DNA of 56,586 bases. Source: a virus (Duplodnaviria; Caudoviricetes). Location: the IMG/VR virus record IMGVR_UViG_3300037488_001194, positions 1-56,586 of that record, one strand, 5' to 3'. Positions 8,301 through 16,772 of this stretch are shown in pieces. The stretch's first letter is position 1, and the number at the start of each line of letters is the position of its first letter. The notes under the pieces are model-generated. The model was given only the letters and a program-made list of their open reading frames with translations, had not been told where the DNA came from and searched no databases. Both the position numbers and the translations under genes were made by a program.

Positions 8301-11300
8301 GCTGACCCAAGGAATCTAACGAGCTTAGACACTCTGTTTGTAGACCCTTCAAAACTTTTCCAAGCATTGATGTCGAACGCTGCTGTTGACCCAGCAGACT
8401 TCTTTGTGAAGGCATTGCAGGAAGAGATCATTCACATGACTGACGGACGGGCGATGTATGACGCTTTCAAGGCGACTAACCCAGCCGAGATTACGCAAGA
8501 AGCCTACGAGAAATTCTACGATGCGAATAACAAAGAGATAGAGGACAGCCTTACGCTCGAACAAATCAGGGATGTTTTATCCGCCTACGCCAGTTCTTTA
8601 GGTATATCTTTTGACGGGAAGACCAAGGAAGAAATCGTATCAGAGTTCAATGCGGGCAGACCAGGAAGGCTCGGAGAAGAGTATGTACGGGCGATTACAC
8701 AAAGGCGGGAAAGCGGACAGATTACCGAAGATCAAGTTAAGAAGTATACCACTCGTCCGATCCTTCGCACTTTGGCCGCTTTGCGTGATAGGTTCCTCAG
8801 GTTAATTGGTAAGGGCACGAAAGCGGGCACCAGAAAATCTTTCATCGATAATCGAAGTGATGCGATTGTAAGTTTGCTAGCCAACGCCCCAACAAATGAA
8901 AAGATTGCCGCGGGTAACGAGACCAACGTAATCATTCCAAGAAAAGATTTGGCCTCGACCTTGACCTTGCAGGAATTGGACGAGTTGGATGTAGATAATA
9001 AGCTCAATGCGGAAATCGATCAGGAAGTCATGGCGGAGTTGGCGCAGGGGATGGGACCAGATGGTCTTATTCGCAGGCTAGTTGTCGGAGGTTTAGAAAG
9101 AGCATTTAAGGGACAAATAGATACTGCTTTTATCGAACAGGCCGTTTTAGAATCTCTTGCATCAGCAGCTACTGGTTATGACGCTACCAAAGGTGCCAAA
9201 CCATCTACCCGAGTATTTAAGTTTGCTTCCAGAAAAATTATTGATGAGCTGAGAAAGATAGAAGCAGGGCCCGAATTTGTAAGCTTTAACGATGAGTTTG
9301 CCACCACACCTTTTGACCTGAAGGTTCTCTCGGATGAGTACGACAAATTAAAAGCAACGGCCAAGACCTCCGGTGAGGTATCTTTAGAAACCCTTAAAAA
9401 GACTGGTGAGGAAAAGGTTAAGACCCGTAGGGCGAGGGGTGAGAGAAAGGGTGTGACCCCGGAAGAAACGGCGAAGGGTTTGGAGAAAGAAGTTCGGAAA
9501 GCGGAACGAGTGGGCACCAAAGAAGTTCCAGAGACCAGACTTGGGAAGACTTTTGGCGAAACAGATCTTACTGGGGAATCAACTGCCCAAGATGGGACGG
9601 CTGACGACATCGAGTCTGGTAACTTGGCTAGGCAAACGGCAATTGTTCTTGATCCCGCAGAGATGGCTCAACGTGCAGAAGTCCAGAAGCTCGTTGAGAA
9701 AGCTAACCTCACATCGTTTGAGGCGGATGCCTTGGCTTACTCCTTGGTTCCTGAGAGTGAGAATGAACAGGGTGAACTCGTACGCCGTCCACGTTACACG
9801 GCGGATACAGTAGACTCGATTCTTGAGCAGTACTCTGAACCAGGAAAAGTTTTGTACCCTGCGGACTTCTACCGTGCCGTTGACTCTGCCAAGCAAAAGA
9901 TTGCTAGGGCTATGGCTGAAGGTGGTATTAAACGAGAAGAACTTTACGCCCCCAAACGCCAGCTTGCCGCCTCTATCGAATTGGATAAAAACTATTCAGA
10001 GGCAATCAATTCCAATAACACGTTAGAGGCTAACAGATTAGTTAAAGAAGCAGCTAATGCTAGTGGATATTCATTTGGGCCTGTTTATCACGGGAGCCCA
10101 GTTAAAAACATTTCTGAATTTACGCCATCGCGGAACACCGTAAACAAAAACTTTTTCCACGATTATGGGCCAGGAATTTATGTTACAAATGACTTAAACT
10201 ACGCCAAAGAATACACAACTAATAGAGGTCTTTTGTTTGATAGCATTCTAGCAGGACAAGATTTAACGGGAGACGCTGGAAAAGTTTATAACTTGTACGC
10301 GAAACTTTCTAATCCCCTTGAGATTAAAGGTGCCGACGTAGTGCCTGAAAATATATACGCAGCGTTCAGGCGAAGGGTTGAAGAGAGGGGATCACCCATG
10401 GCGAAAGAGATGTTGAACGATCTCTATCCAGCAGAAGTAGAAGGTGGGGGATTCTCGTTCGCGGACATACTATCCGAAGAGCTTGCGTCTTTCATGGTTA
10501 ACACTCTAAAGAGTTTAGGCTACGATGGGATAATTGCAGAGGGCGGTAAGGAAATTGTTGTATGGGACCCCTCACAATTGAAATCGGCAGATACCATTAC
10601 GTATGATGAGCAAGGGAAAGTTGTTCCGCTAACCGAAAGGTTTAATCCAAAATCAAGATTGCTCGCTTCTTCCATTGACATTCTTACTGACAGCAAAGCC
10701 CTACGTCGGGGAATCAAGGGTCTTGACCCCGCCGTGGCTGCTGTCCTATCCCAGAGAAAAATCATCAAACAGACGAGAGCGGACACCCTCAAGAAGGCGA
10801 ATGACTTCGTCGCAAGAATTGCTCCGACCGGAGACCCAGAAGATTTGGTGCGGGCTAAATCAATTTTAGATTCGACCAAGGGGCTCGAGACCAACGAAAG
10901 GAACGCCATTCTTTCGGTCATTGTTACCAAGCTCCGCGATGGGACCTTGGCCGTAGACGCCCAGATCAAGGCTCGGGGAGATTCTCCGGAACTTTCAGCC
11001 CTTAAAAAATATTTGATTGATAATGCTATGTATATCGGGGGACAGTTGGCTGATGCTTATAGCATAGCTGGAAGAGACTTGGGTGGTGCGAATATCGCAG
11101 CCGATCTTCTCTATCCGCTGAAGTCTTCCAAGATGTATACCGATCCTATCTTTGAAAAGCAGAAAGAAACTTTAGGATCGAAGGATGAGGTTCAACAACT
11201 CTTGGCCGAGATTCAGAAGTTGAAGTCAACCATTGCTGGTCTGTCAGCTCAGAATAGTTTTAACGTGGGAGAAAGGGGCGGTATCTCGATTGGACAACGC

Positions 11301-14300
11301 CCACCAACCGAAGCTATCCCCGAGGGTGAGAACTTCTACAAGCTACTGTCTGTCTTTGGGGATATGGCTCCGACCGAAGGCGAAGACTTTGTAAGTTATT
11401 TGAACCGTATTGGTATCTCTTACAACGATTTGATTGGGTCTCTTGAGGGAATCAAGGCTGCCTCTGTATCACCAGGAGGAGTTAACAGAGTTCTTCCAGC
11501 GGATCTTAAAGCTATGTCGGCTGCTGATGCTATTAAAGCCCTAGTCAAAATAGATCCAAACTTGTTCAGCAAGATGGTTAAGCTTCGGGTACAAGCCATC
11601 GGGACTTCGACCAATGAGGAACTGAAAACCAATTTTGATATTCGTAAAGCTTCTCCTACGGCAAGACAAGAAAAGGTCGACGCCTTGCAGGGGGTATTCG
11701 ATTTCTTCGACACGGTTGCTGCCGAACAACAGGCTACGGAAAAGACAATGGAGGAAGAGATCGAAGCGGCTAAGAGAGCAGAGGAGACAGCAATTCCCCC
11801 AGTTGTTCGTCTGGCTAAGTACGCTGCAGATACAATCACGCAGAGGGTTCTCCGTTCTTTGGGAGTAACCAAGAAAGCAACGGAGAAAGCAGCGTTCGAT
11901 CAACTCGAATCTCAAGTGCGAAAGATTGTGAATGCTCAGATGAAACAAGAACTCGACCCAAAGAAGGTTAGCGCTGAAGATACTCGGACTTTGGAAGAGA
12001 TGCTTGTTGATATCGTGCAACGGATTACCTTGGCAGAAGAAGTCTTCAATCAAGTCCAAGCTAATCTGCAAGCTGAACTCAATGCCGATAACGAATTGGT
12101 CGCCAGCGGTAAAGAGAGCAAGATGCCGGAGGAGAGACGAGCATACATCGAAGGTATGCTGGAAAAGAAATTTGACGCCAATGCTACCAAGTCAATCGAT
12201 ACCTTGCTTCGCAATACGATTGATTTCAAAGCAGAGTCGAGGAAGCACATGATGCAACGAGGTGCTACTCTCAACTCTATCCAACAACTCATCAACCAGA
12301 AGTTCCCTAACTTGAGGGAAGAACAGGTTGTTGCTTTAGCCAAGGTTGTTGCTACTCGATACAATGCTTTGGTTAAGGAACGGGCACAGAAGCAACTCGA
12401 GAATATCACTCGGCGTATTGGGGAAAAGGCGACGGCCATGCCGAAGTCGAAGATCAATCAACTTCTTGAACTCGTGAACTTGGGAGCTTTCAACGAAGAG
12501 AAATTTTATAATGCCATTGCTGAACGTTACGATATCCCAGAATGGGACCCAGTCGTGGCCCAAGAAATTGTCGCTAGGGCTAATCAGATTAGCCAGTTGC
12601 CAGAGAGCTCCGACCAGAGACTTACTAAAGCCATTGAACTAAACGCATACATCGCCCAAGAAATAGACAAGCAGAGGAAGGGATGGGAGAAGGTTGGGAA
12701 AGTTCTAGAGGTCATGGCATCATTGTGGAAAGCTGGTGTGCTATCCGGACCTCCCACTCAGTTGGTCAACTTAGGGGCAACCCATATCAACGTGCTATTC
12801 GAGTTAACCTCGGAGGCTAAAGCTTACGCTCAAGCGGCAAAGAGAGCTGGTATCAAGGCGAGCTTTGGAGACTTCTTTGGCCAAGCATATAATGCTTACG
12901 TCGAAGCTGCTGGTAGACTTGGGATAGAGGAAGCTGGGAATGCTTTAGCTACCGGACTAACACGCTTCCGTTCTGAGAACAACTTAGAGCTCAATCCCCT
13001 TGAGAAACTCAATAAAGATCCAGACAAGCCTTGGTCTCTAAACAACTACGCAGCTGCGTGGAAGTTGGTCGGACGGGTTATGGCTGCTGCTGATACTTAT
13101 AATTCTGTAATTGCGAACGAAGCCAAGGCAAGAATGGAAGCTCGCTATGTCATGTTGAAGCAGGGTTTGACAGCAGAAGAGGCTACACAAAAAGCTGACG
13201 AAATCTTTAGCAGGACAAGTGCAGGGATGAAAGCAATCCAGAAGCAAGTTAACGATGAGGAATCCCTCGGGCAGTTTGGAACATTGGCAGGTCTTACACC
13301 TGATAGTAAGGAGTACAAGAGCCAGAAGAGGAAGATCGAGGCGGGCAAGAGCCGGCGGTTCAACCAACTTCGGGAAAGATATGTGGTCGACCAAGCTGGT
13401 ATTGGGCAAGACGGGATTACAAAGATGCGGGAGTTTGCTCAGAAAGCTACATTCAACGGACAACCCAAAGGCTCGATCGGATATTTGATGGACGCAGTTA
13501 TCGGTAACATTGCTGGGAAGGTTCCGATCCTGACTCCTTTTGCGGCTTTCCCAAGGACAATTGCAAACATTGTTAACTCCGCTATCGACTATACTCCTTA
13601 CGGTTGGTTGAGGGCGAATGGAGTATCGATCGGTAATCTATCTGGAGCTATCCGAGATTCCTCTTACAAATTCAGCAAGCCAGAAAAGGGAAGTGTCGAG
13701 TACTACCAACTTAGAAGCAAGGCTCTTTACGGGTCGGTTGTGATGGCTTCGATCATAGGTCTTGCGATAAAGGATATGGATAAGGATTGGGACGAGGCTT
13801 TCTTTGCGGTGACTGGGCGTGGACCGTCCGATAGGAACAAGAGAGAACAACTTCGAGCCACAGGATGGTCGGAGAACACCGTGAAGATTGGCCCTATCCG
13901 CTTTAAGCATACTGATTTTCCAGGCTTGAACTTACTCTTCGGTGCGCTGGCTACAGTATCGGATGCTTATCGATACGAAGATCTAGACGAAGCCACATTC
14001 GATAACATCATGTTTACCTCGGCTTTATCGATAGCCAACTCAGTTGTTGATAAGAATTTATTATCGGGAGCTAAAACTTTATTTGATGCGGTAAGCGATC
14101 GAGGAGATGCATCGGATAGGGCGAAGAGAGTTTTGAGTAGTTACACCGGAGCCTACTTAAATCCGGGTATTGCCCGCTGGCTCTCCCAAACAATCCCTGT
14201 TTCCGCAGATGGCAAGATCAAGGTAGTAGATACGAAGACTCAGAATGCAACCATGTTTGGTTGGTTGATTGGGCAGACTCCGATTGCTGTTTATACTGGA

Positions 14301-14708
14301 GCTCCCATGCTCAATCGTTTGGGCGAGGAAGTCAGGAACTATCCTTGGTCAGCAACCACTAAACGTTTTGGATTTGTCCCCGATGTTAAACCACATCCAG
14401 TAATTACGCCTTTAGTTCAAGAAGGACTCGTCATTCCTGGTATAAGCGCAGCCTCTAAGATCACTGTGTTTAAGAACGGTGTGGCTGAGAAAAGACGGTT
14501 GCAGGGGGGCGATGAGTTCTACCAGTTTTCCAAGTACAATGGGGAGTATATGGGCCGAGTTTTGACTGCACCCCGAGCCAAGGCATTAGCTTCTCTGGCT
14601 AGGGTGAACAAAGATCTAGCTCAGAAACAGCTTAACGAGTTGGCCACCAAAGCCAATGACTACGCCAAGGCAAGGCTAGAGGCATCGCTAAGAAGGACTA
14701 AAAGATAG
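5382..14708 (+). CDS. Giant polyvalent internal virion protein (3108 aa) with zincin-like motif, sigma70 region 2/4-like segments and ADP-ribosyltransferase domain
   Basis: N-terminal Gly/Ala hydrophobic region, Pro/Ala linkers, ALQEEIIH motif, YDATKGAKPST...IIDELRK, VYHGS...GIYVT...GYDGII...EIVVWDPSQLKS, and a long helical C-terminal region typical of the largest podovirus ejection proteins. Confidence 0.8.
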   Translation: MEQMSTPENVDDLSAEELANLTEETQLIEEPVQQAQPVQQQAQPVAEQPEFQRWDAYRADPAYNSLSVSQKQGLFDSWREYATKYMANTGVLSTEADIDYAKNYFDKAAELDNLKKPRYEAPSYTEELIGQAQSGLNALQAGSLAYGAASGFVDTDSAARAIVERRLAERDRYINPTLQAYGQKQQGFFGSFKDMVSSPKQIIFPMLAQSLGSNLPAIGASLTAGAIGTAVGGPGVGAAAALNVGAVAGGGTDTMVNMDQLLSEEMQKRGLDPFNPADVKSVLDDTNWAIPAKAASEARGVAIGATQYATLGFGRLASTPLKVLEQQGLKGFAKEGLKQTAIQVAGEPVSEIAAQKAEMAGGRSGEIRWNEVAEELVVGLPMSAVEAGGLVIENLNRNNSPATADEVSKEAVQALRQGELAKLLSQPLSDVAASQFYDVLSLSQKAKVLGLADNAVLTEGQGIYNTLSEQEKANVQQAFNTARAKVAPEAEVTPTPEPAQVVAEEPTAVEPAPVVTPATAPEPTVAQVEEEAKKVFEEPAPPVVGVATPQQITPASAETLVRTSPATATVVAEESKAAKAEEPAPVAPTPVAETPAPVAETPAPVAEAPAPVVEQPKVEAPTPAPVQPTTPKLPRNLAGAKPRYGFGSKQFGLTFENDIDRALYIIAQATKSAKDAEYLDFVMKATGLNEAQARAAGRAIRASIKEQAKTSDADTLEVAQSDVTKPKVEAPVAVPVMAPQAVTPPAAPTPVAETPAPAPVTPALKKLPPTKKQVTALTKLGYLPADIEGLDRTQAKDIVTKQTPKTPTIEAPKEAPQATAGAPTPEAPAVAPAPVSEPAAPKAEKRATGKAGKPVAPAKVKPAPTNVSPEEGLNKTQAELQKQFDDLAAELLDMTLDEASVQEYFKGTEITPLVRQRLQALMRIITLGLSNARNDLIKKSKTGKGREKLASDFAKKVLNKVVFIKQRGGSGVYADPRNLTSLDTLFVDPSKLFQALMSNAAVDPADFFVKALQEEIIHMTDGRAMYDAFKATNPAEITQEAYEKFYDANNKEIEDSLTLEQIRDVLSAYASSLGISFDGKTKEEIVSEFNAGRPGRLGEEYVRAITQRRESGQITEDQVKKYTTRPILRTLAALRDRFLRLIGKGTKAGTRKSFIDNRSDAIVSLLANAPTNEKIAAGNETNVIIPRKDLASTLTLQELDELDVDNKLNAEIDQEVMAELAQGMGPDGLIRRLVVGGLERAFKGQIDTAFIEQAVLESLASAATGYDATKGAKPSTRVFKFASRKIIDELRKIEAGPEFVSFNDEFATTPFDLKVLSDEYDKLKATAKTSGEVSLETLKKTGEEKVKTRRARGERKGVTPEETAKGLEKEVRKAERVGTKEVPETRLGKTFGETDLTGESTAQDGTADDIESGNLARQTAIVLDPAEMAQRAEVQKLVEKANLTSFEADALAYSLVPESENEQGELVRRPRYTADTVDSILEQYSEPGKVLYPADFYRAVDSAKQKIARAMAEGGIKREELYAPKRQLAASIELDKNYSEAINSNNTLEANRLVKEAANASGYSFGPVYHGSPVKNISEFTPSRNTVNKNFFHDYGPGIYVTNDLNYAKEYTTNRGLLFDSILAGQDLTGDAGKVYNLYAKLSNPLEIKGADVVPENIYAAFRRRVEERGSPMAKEMLNDLYPAEVEGGGFSFADILSEELASFMVNTLKSLGYDGIIAEGGKEIVVWDPSQLKSADTITYDEQGKVVPLTERFNPKSRLLASSIDILTDSKALRRGIKGLDPAVAAVLSQRKIIKQTRADTLKKANDFVARIAPTGDPEDLVRAKSILDSTKGLETNERNAILSVIVTKLRDGTLAVDAQIKARGDSPELSALKKYLIDNAMYIGGQLADAYSIAGRDLGGANIAADLLYPLKSSKMYTDPIFEKQKETLGSKDEVQQLLAEIQKLKSTIAGLSAQNSFNVGERGGISIGQRPPTEAIPEGENFYKLLSVFGDMAPTEGEDFVSYLNRIGISYNDLIGSLEGIKAASVSPGGVNRVLPADLKAMSAADAIKALVKIDPNLFSKMVKLRVQAIGTSTNEELKTNFDIRKASPTARQEKVDALQGVFDFFDTVAAEQQATEKTMEEEIEAAKRAEETAIPPVVRLAKYAADTITQRVLRSLGVTKKATEKAAFDQLESQVRKIVNAQMKQELDPKKVSAEDTRTLEEMLVDIVQRITLAEEVFNQVQANLQAELNADNELVASGKESKMPEERRAYIEGMLEKKFDANATKSIDTLLRNTIDFKAESRKHMMQRGATLNSIQQLINQKFPNLREEQVVALAKVVATRYNALVKERAQKQLENITRRIGEKATAMPKSKINQLLELVNLGAFNEEKFYNAIAERYDIPEWDPVVAQEIVARANQISQLPESSDQRLTKAIELNAYIAQEIDKQRKGWEKVGKVLEVMASLWKAGVLSGPPTQLVNLGATHINVLFELTSEAKAYAQAAKRAGIKASFGDFFGQAYNAYVEAAGRLGIEEAGNALATGLTRFRSENNLELNPLEKLNKDPDKPWSLNNYAAAWKLVGRVMAAADTYNSVIANEAKARMEARYVMLKQGLTAEEATQKADEIFSRTSAGMKAIQKQVNDEESLGQFGTLAGLTPDSKEYKSQKRKIEAGKSRRFNQLRERYVVDQAGIGQDGITKMREFAQKATFNGQPKGSIGYLMDAVIGNIAGKVPILTPFAAFPRTIANIVNSAIDYTPYGWLRANGVSIGNLSGAIRDSSYKFSKPEKGSVEYYQLRSKALYGSVVMASIIGLAIKDMDKDWDEAFFAVTGRGPSDRNKREQLRATGWSENTVKIGPIRFKHTDFPGLNLLFGALATVSDAYRYEDLDEATFDNIMFTSALSIANSVVDKNLLSGAKTLFDAVSDRGDASDRAKRVLSSYTGAYLNPGIARWLSQTIPVSADGKIKVVDTKTQNATMFGWLIGQTPIAVYTGAPMLNRLGEEVRNYPWSATTKRFGFVPDVKPHPVITPLVQEGLVIPGISAASKITVFKNGVAEKRRLQGGDEFYQFSKYNGEYMGRVLTAPRAKALASLARVNKDLAQKQLNELATKANDYAKARLEASLRRTKR
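7149..7213 (+). repeat. 21-bp tandem coding repeat (PVAETPA x3)
   Basis: cctgtcgctgaaactcctgct repeated; a further copy lies near 7629. Confidence 0.85.
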
Positions 14709-14916
14709 CCCGCCAAATTAAGGTTGGGATACCCTGAAATACAGCAGCAGTACCGAGATAATAGATAACAGGAATCAAGATGAATACACCAAGCCCAAGC
14801 CAAAAGCCGGAGTCGCCGAGCTCTTCCTTAAGCATGGCAGGTAGTTCTGTTATACTTTCCTTTAATGCGTCGCCAACGAAGGCGACATCTGCTGGTTCTT
14901 TTCTTTTCTTTCTCAT
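14698..14916 (-). CDS. Small membrane protein, antisense to the late operon
   Basis: AAGAAAGG SD-like sequence before ATG 14916; hydrophobic FWLGLGVFILIPVIYYLGTAAVF segment. Confidence 0.55.
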   Translation of the reverse strand: MRKKRKEPADVAFVGDALKESITELPAMLKEELGDSGFWLGLGVFILIPVIYYLGTAAVFQGIPTLIWRAIF

Positions 14917-14986
14917 GGTTAATGTACCTTTCTTGTTAGGGGTTTGGGGCTGGACTGTCCAGCCCTTTTGTAGGAGATAAGAGTGT

Positions 14987-15133
14987 ATGCCTTTAGGCCG
15001 AAAAACTAAACCCAAAGACGCTTGCTATACCAAGGTCAAAGCTCGGTATAAGGTATGGCCTTCGGCTTACGCCAGCGGGGCGTTGGTTAAATGTCGTAAG
15101 GTTGGGGCTAAAAACTGGGGCAATTCCAAATGA
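14987..15133 (+). CDS. Small basic protein, DUF5872-like N-part (48 aa, not in ORF track)
   Basis: MPLGRKTKPKDACYTKVKARYKVWPSAYASGALVKCRKVGAKNWGNSK; the WPSAYASG motif is familiar from cyanophage and giant-virus proteins. Confidence 0.75.
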   Translation: MPLGRKTKPKDACYTKVKARYKVWPSAYASGALVKCRKVGAKNWGNSK

Positions 15134-15282
15134 AATGGTGGTGGTCGATCCTTATCCCAGCGATTGCTTTAGGTATGAGTGGATGCTGGGAGTTTGAGGA
15201 AGACGGTTGGTCGGATTGGAATTCGACTGAGCCAACGCTACAACACGCACAAGATGCGATGAGGACTGAACATGGGCTTTGA
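15130..15282 (+). CDS. Putative small lipoprotein (50 aa, not in ORF track)
   Basis: MKWWWSILIPAIALGMSG-C signal peptide with lipobox-like Cys; overlaps both neighbours. Confidence 0.55.
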   Translation: MKWWWSILIPAIALGMSGCWEFEEDGWSDWNSTEPTLQHAQDAMRTEHGL

Positions 15283-15499
15283 ACTCGAAAAGAAATACGG
15301 TCTTCATGGATGGTTCAAACGGAACAAAGGCAAGGGGTGGATCAACTGCAAGACCGGAGGTCCTTGCGGGAGATCAGACTCGAGCAAGGGTGAATACCCT
15401 GCATGCCGTCCTACTGCCTCGATGTGCAATAGGTCTGCTAGTAAGAAGAAAGGTCCGGCTAGAATAAGTTGGACTGGATTAGGAAGAGGAAAGAAATAA
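15272..15499 (+). CDS. Small basic Cys-containing protein, DUF5872-like C-part
   Basis: LHGWF...W.NCKTGGPCGR....YPACRP motif. Confidence 0.65.
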   Translation: MGFELEKKYGLHGWFKRNKGKGWINCKTGGPCGRSDSSKGEYPACRPTASMCNRSASKKKGPARISWTGLGRGKK

Positions 15500-15500
15500 T

Positions 15501-16430
15501 ATGGCTGACACATTCACAGATGCAATCGACGCAGGGGCAGAAGGACGCCCAATGTTTTCGCAGGAAGGTCTCGATATCCTACGCACATTCGAGGGCTTTC
15601 GCCCAGACGCTTACTACGACTTGGATAACAAGAAGAAAAAAGGGAAGCTCACCGTGGGTTATGGATTCACGGACAACGACATCCCAGACTTGCGTCCAGG
15701 ATATAGGATTGATAAGGCAAGAGCAGAACAAATGTTGCCCGACCTTATCAATAGGAAGTACGGACCGAGTGTCCTTGAGAACGTTAAAGTTCCGTTGAAT
15801 GACCAGCAATACAGCGCACTTACTAGTCTTGTCTATAACATTGGGCCGACAAGCTTCAGCAAAAGTACATTGCTTAAGAAGCTCAACTCCGGAGACTTTG
15901 AAGGGGCGGCTGAACAGTTTAAGGTTTGGAACAAAGCGGGTGGTAAGACGTTAGAAGGTTTGGTTAAGAGGCGGGGAGCAGAAGAAGCTTTGTTCAAGGG
16001 GGACACCCAAACTTTAGGATCGATACTCGAGCAACAGAAATTTGGAATGCCCAAACTTGGTAAAGATTTATCTGAAGCTGCTACCCCTATGCCGGACTTC
16101 CCAGTTATGACTCCCGAAGAGACAGGAGTAGCGACTGCGGAGAGGATAGCTCAAGAAGCCGGGATGACACCCGAAGAACGTGGGGTTGCGGCAGCGGAGA
16201 AGATTGCCGAAGGTATTCAAGAAACTGCAGCAGAAGAAGCAGTCTCTGATATCAAACCAAACCAATTCAACATAGAGCAATTCACAAAACTTTTAGGTGG
16301 CCAGAAGAAAAAGAAAGTTGAGGAGGAAGAGACAATACCTTTCGCAAGTAGCGTAAGCTTTAGCGGTAATTTACCTAGCGTTCCTTCTGGTCTTCCCAGA
16401 ACTTCGGGGCTTGGACGGAGGACTAGCTAA
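15501..16430 (+). CDS. GH24 phage lysozyme with long C-terminal extension
   Basis: FEGFRPDAYYD...TVGYG catalytic E/D/T, ALTSLVYNIG, STLLKKLNSGD, WNKAGGKTLEGLVKRR.AE. Confidence 0.92.
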   Translation: MADTFTDAIDAGAEGRPMFSQEGLDILRTFEGFRPDAYYDLDNKKKKGKLTVGYGFTDNDIPDLRPGYRIDKARAEQMLPDLINRKYGPSVLENVKVPLNDQQYSALTSLVYNIGPTSFSKSTLLKKLNSGDFEGAAEQFKVWNKAGGKTLEGLVKRRGAEEALFKGDTQTLGSILEQQKFGMPKLGKDLSEAATPMPDFPVMTPEETGVATAERIAQEAGMTPEERGVAAAEKIAEGIQETAAEEAVSDIKPNQFNIEQFTKLLGGQKKKKVEEEETIPFASSVSFSGNLPSVPSGLPRTSGLGRRTS

Positions 16431-16732
16431 TGCCAATCGGAAGACCGAGCAAAGAAGATATGGCATGCAATAGGCCACGGCCTTCGTGGATTGCAGGCAA
16501 GAAGCGTGTGGTCAAAGCATGCCAAGATGGTAAGGAAAAGATCGTACACTTTGGGGCTAAAGGTTACGGCCATAACTATTCTCCAGCAGCACGTAAGTCT
16601 TTCAGAGCCAGGCACAACTGCGATAATCCTGGAACCAAGTTAAGTGCTAGGTACTGGGCTTGCAAGAATCTCTGGGCTGGTCCGGGAGGATCAACCCAAG
16701 CTAGCCCATCAAACCGACGGGGAAAATACTAG
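16430..16732 (+). CDS. Small basic protein (DUF5754-like)
   Basis: KIVHFGAKGY...RKSFRARHNC......SARYWAC..LW motif. Confidence 0.7.
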   Translation: MPIGRPSKEDMACNRPRPSWIAGKKRVVKACQDGKEKIVHFGAKGYGHNYSPAARKSFRARHNCDNPGTKLSARYWACKNLWAGPGGSTQASPSNRRGKY

Positions 16733-16772
16733 GTTGCCAATTTTACATTAAACAAGTAAATAAATATTTGAA

